From positions 11,470,001 through 11,534,000 of the forward strand of contig NC_043000.1 in assembly GCF_006345805.1 (NCBI RefSeq): a stretch of DNA of 64,000 nucleotides, in the 5' to 3' direction. Under the pieces are notes generated by a model that saw only the letters and a program-made list of their open reading frames with translations, had not been told where the DNA came from and did not search any database. Shown piece after piece: positions 60,771 through 64,000 of this stretch. Position 1 is the first letter of the stretch; every line of letters starts with the position of its first letter. Position numbers and translations under genes: made by a program. This stretch comes from Octopus sinensis. Lineage: Eukaryota.

Positions 60771-61302
60771 TATGTGGAATTAAATGACGACGACGATGAT
60801 GATGATGATGATGATATGTGGAATTAAATGACAGAGGAATAGGAAATTGCTTAATAAACTTCATCAACTACCACTAACTGCTGTTTGATGGCCCTTCATT
60901 TTGAAGCCCCAAGAAAACTATTAGGTGATGCACAAGCATTCAGCTCTGAGTACACTGCATCTTATGACAGAAACAACAGTAAGCCCATGAAGTTCATTGC
61001 GCAATTCCTGTTCCTTTGTTATTTATTCAATTTCTTATAAGCTCCGTATTTGACTAATGCTTTATTCTGAAGTTTATGTACACTGATGTTCTGACACCAA
61101 CTTATTTCTATGACTATGCTTTGGTTAAATATTTATATGTATAAACACTTGTGTGTGTGTGTGTGTGTGGGGGGGGGTTATGGAAGAAGAATGTTGTAAT
61201 TCGCTTGAAGCATTGTGTTACAGATCTAGAATAATAAATGAAATGAAAAATGAGAATATCTAACAATGCAGAGATGAAAATAACCCATATATATATATAT
61301 AA

Positions 61303-61590
61303 GTGAAGGCACATGGCTCAGTGGTCAGAGCGTCGAGCTTACGATCGTGAGGTTGTGAGCTCGATTCCCGGGCTGGGCTGTGTGTTGTGTTCTTGAGCAA
61401 GGCACTTTATTTCCCGTTGCTCCAGTTCACTCAGCTGTAGAAATGAGTTGCGACGTCACAGGTGCTAAACTGTATCGGCTCCTTTGCCTTTCCCTTGGAT
61501 GACATCGGCAGCGTGGAGAGGGGAGGCCAGTATGCATGGGCAACTGCTGGTCTTCCATAAAAACCACCTTACCCAGACTTGTACCTTTCA
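61303..61590 (+). mobile_element. SINE family 4 copy
   Basis: gtgaaggcacatggctcagtgg head. Confidence 0.85.
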
Positions 61591-62592
61591 GTTCCACATT
61601 ACTCCTCCTTCCCCCCACCCAAACACACCTACAGTGTCCCTTGAAATAGATCATATTCTTTTACATTAACATGGTGGACAGGTCAGTTCTAGCTTCCCTA
61701 CTATTATAATGTAAATCTTTTTTAACTCATAATATTCTGTGCGTGTATACCAATACTCCACTGAACTTTTAATAATTCCTTCTGGAAATTATCTTGAGAA
61801 TGTATAATATATTTGTTGTAATCTTTTGTGCCCAATATTTCAATGAACTTGTTAAACTTTTTTATGTTCTCAACATGCTCTTGTCACCAAAGAATGTATA
61901 TATATGTATTGTAGTACTCTGTGTCAACCATATTCTGTGCGTGTTTGAATATACAGATACAATACCAATATCCCACTGAACTTTTTAATAATTCCTTCTG
62001 GAAACTATCTTTAACATGTTCTTGAGAATGATTATTTATGCTGTAATCTTTTGTGCCCAATATTTTAAGGAACTTGTTAAACTTTTTATGTCCTTAACAT
62101 GTCCTTGTTACCAAAGACTGTATATATGTAATGTAGCATTTTGTAACAACCAATAATTAACACAACCAAACTTCTACATGTTACTTTTGACAATCTTTTT
62201 CCAAAAGGTGAAACCGGTAAAGTAAATAAACATCTTTTAAAATTGCATTTTCAAACCTTCTTTAGTATATATATATATAAAGGGGTTTGCATGATTGTGT
62301 GTAGAGGGATATATATTATTCAAAGAAATTCCAACTCTGTCTGTTTTTTATGGTTTATTTATATTCTTTATAATATTAATGTAGAATATAGAATATATAG
62401 TATAAATAATATATATATAGTAAAATGAAATGAAATATTGATTGTCCTATTGAATAGATGAAATGCTGAATATAAAATATTAGGGGACTAGTATACTTTC
62501 TTGCATTAAAGCAGTCATCAAGGTCGCAGGTTGTGACAGGAGTGTTTCAACTGTACATATATATGTCTCGAATTATATTATATATATATATA

Positions 62593-62656
<64 letters not shown>

Positions 62657-62658
<2 letters not shown>

Positions 62659-62755
62659 TTTATTTTTATTTGAGAACAAATCTTTGTGGAGAATGGCGAT
62701 TTGACGTCTATATCTAGCATGTTGACTGTCCACCTTTCGTGTTCAGTCCTTAATT

Positions 62756-62791
<36 letters not shown>

Positions 62792-62982
62792 AAAATTAAG
62801 GGTAAAAATTGATATTAGTCAATTAAAACCAGTGGTCTAGCACATTAAAAAAAACCGAAGATTAAAATATTTATATATACCAATTGAGGACTGAACACGA
62901 AAAGGTGGACAGTCAACATGCTAGATATAGACGTCAAATCGCCATTCTCCACAAAGATTTTGTTCTCAAATAAAAATAAAAT
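62657..62982. repeat. Inverted repeat (about 105-bp arms); third partial copy at 63170-63245
   Basis: gtggagaatggcgatttgacgtc...aattggta(ta)n occurs three times. Confidence 0.9.
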
Positions 62983-63040
62983 TCAGCACGACCTAAAGCA
63001 ATGGATAAGACAAAAGAAATATACGAAATGGAATAATCAC

Positions 63041-63102
63041 CTACGTACCGTACAGTTTCAGCTATTAATATCACAAGGATATCTGTAGCTTCGTCAGCGT
63101 AG
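63041..63102 (-). ncRNA. Canonical type I hammerhead ribozyme motif
   Basis: CUACG-CUGACGA-AGCUA..UAGCU-GAA-ACUGUACGGU-A-CGUAG. Confidence 0.82.
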
Positions 63103-63249
63103 TTTGTTATGAGCAGAATATGCTGTACTAGATGAAAAACGGTACCGGAGTCCCGCATGCAAAAAGTACGTGGAGAATGGCGATTTGACGTCTATATCTA
63201 GCATGTTGACTGTCCACCTTTTCGTGTTCAGTCCTCAATTGGTATATAT

Positions 63250-63418
<169 letters not shown>

Positions 63419-64000
63419 AAAGGGCTTAGTAAAATAAATTACTTTGCCGCATACTGAACTCATTAGAAATAGCAGCTAAAAAACTTTTTTAAAAAGCTAT
63501 TTCTAATACTTAAAGAAAATCTCTCTCATATATAGTGTTTGCTTAATTCAACTCACAAAGTTTGGGGGTAAGGACATCGAAAAATCAAATGCTAAGGTTA
63601 TTCGAGAACGTACGTTTCAAGATTAGTCAAAACAACATTTCTATCATCGGCTCAGAAATTCCTTGGTTTGGATTTGGAAACACTGAAAATAAGAACATAC
63701 CCTCTCGAAGATCTGCTTCCAACTAACAGTGCCAACAAATTCAAAAAAGCAAGCGAAGAATCTCTGTTCTCCCCTTTCCACCAGCGTGGGTTAAAATCAT
63801 CAAACACTATGCTTATTTCAGTAAAATCCGAAGCATTAATCAGAGGGAGATTGATTATAATTTCAACAATTGAGGGCAAAATTAATTAATTATTAATCAA
63901 TTTCACCAAGTGTTCAGTATGCAAAGGGACCATTCAAGGCAAATTCAAATTATTACATTATATAAAAGGGCTTAGTAAAATAAATTACTTTGCCGCATAC

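Noticed and set aside
60907-61040. Possible terminal exon 6 of gene B (TPRKLLGDAQAF...)
   Set aside because: Open in phase 1, but the AAG acceptor is weak and I found no homolog left of 4743 in gene A; unsupported without cDNA.

Overview
AT-rich, repeat-saturated eukaryotic DNA. The SINE families, RTE/Penelope content and microsatellite load suggest an octopus (coleoid cephalopod) genome; this is inference. The ORF track largely misses the main genic content: two paralogous multi-exon genes arranged head-to-head. Gene A is on the minus strand (exons 28347-28359, 23602-23931, 21789-21880, 6769-6917, 4743-4849). Gene B is on the plus strand (exons 43229-43241, 46607-46925, 52309-52400, 53134-53285, 60243-60358). 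Both encode a predicted signal peptide, a PAN/apple domain and an uncharacterised C-terminal domain, with identical intron phases. B carries a 1-nt insertion in exon 2. The 3' ends of both genes were not resolved. Introns and the spacer hold an intact CsRn1-type Ty3/Gypsy element with apparently identical LTRs and a -1 frameshift signal, and several Penelope-like elements. They also hold at least five unrelated type I hammerhead-ribozyme motifs, a near-full-length RTE LINE, a Tx1-like LINE abutting (TATC)n, R4/Dong and CR1 fragments, a Helitron, three MITE types, many tRNA-derived SINEs, a 2.8-kb higher-order satellite and several long hairpins. All coordinates were read by eye; boundaries of degenerate repeats are approximate.
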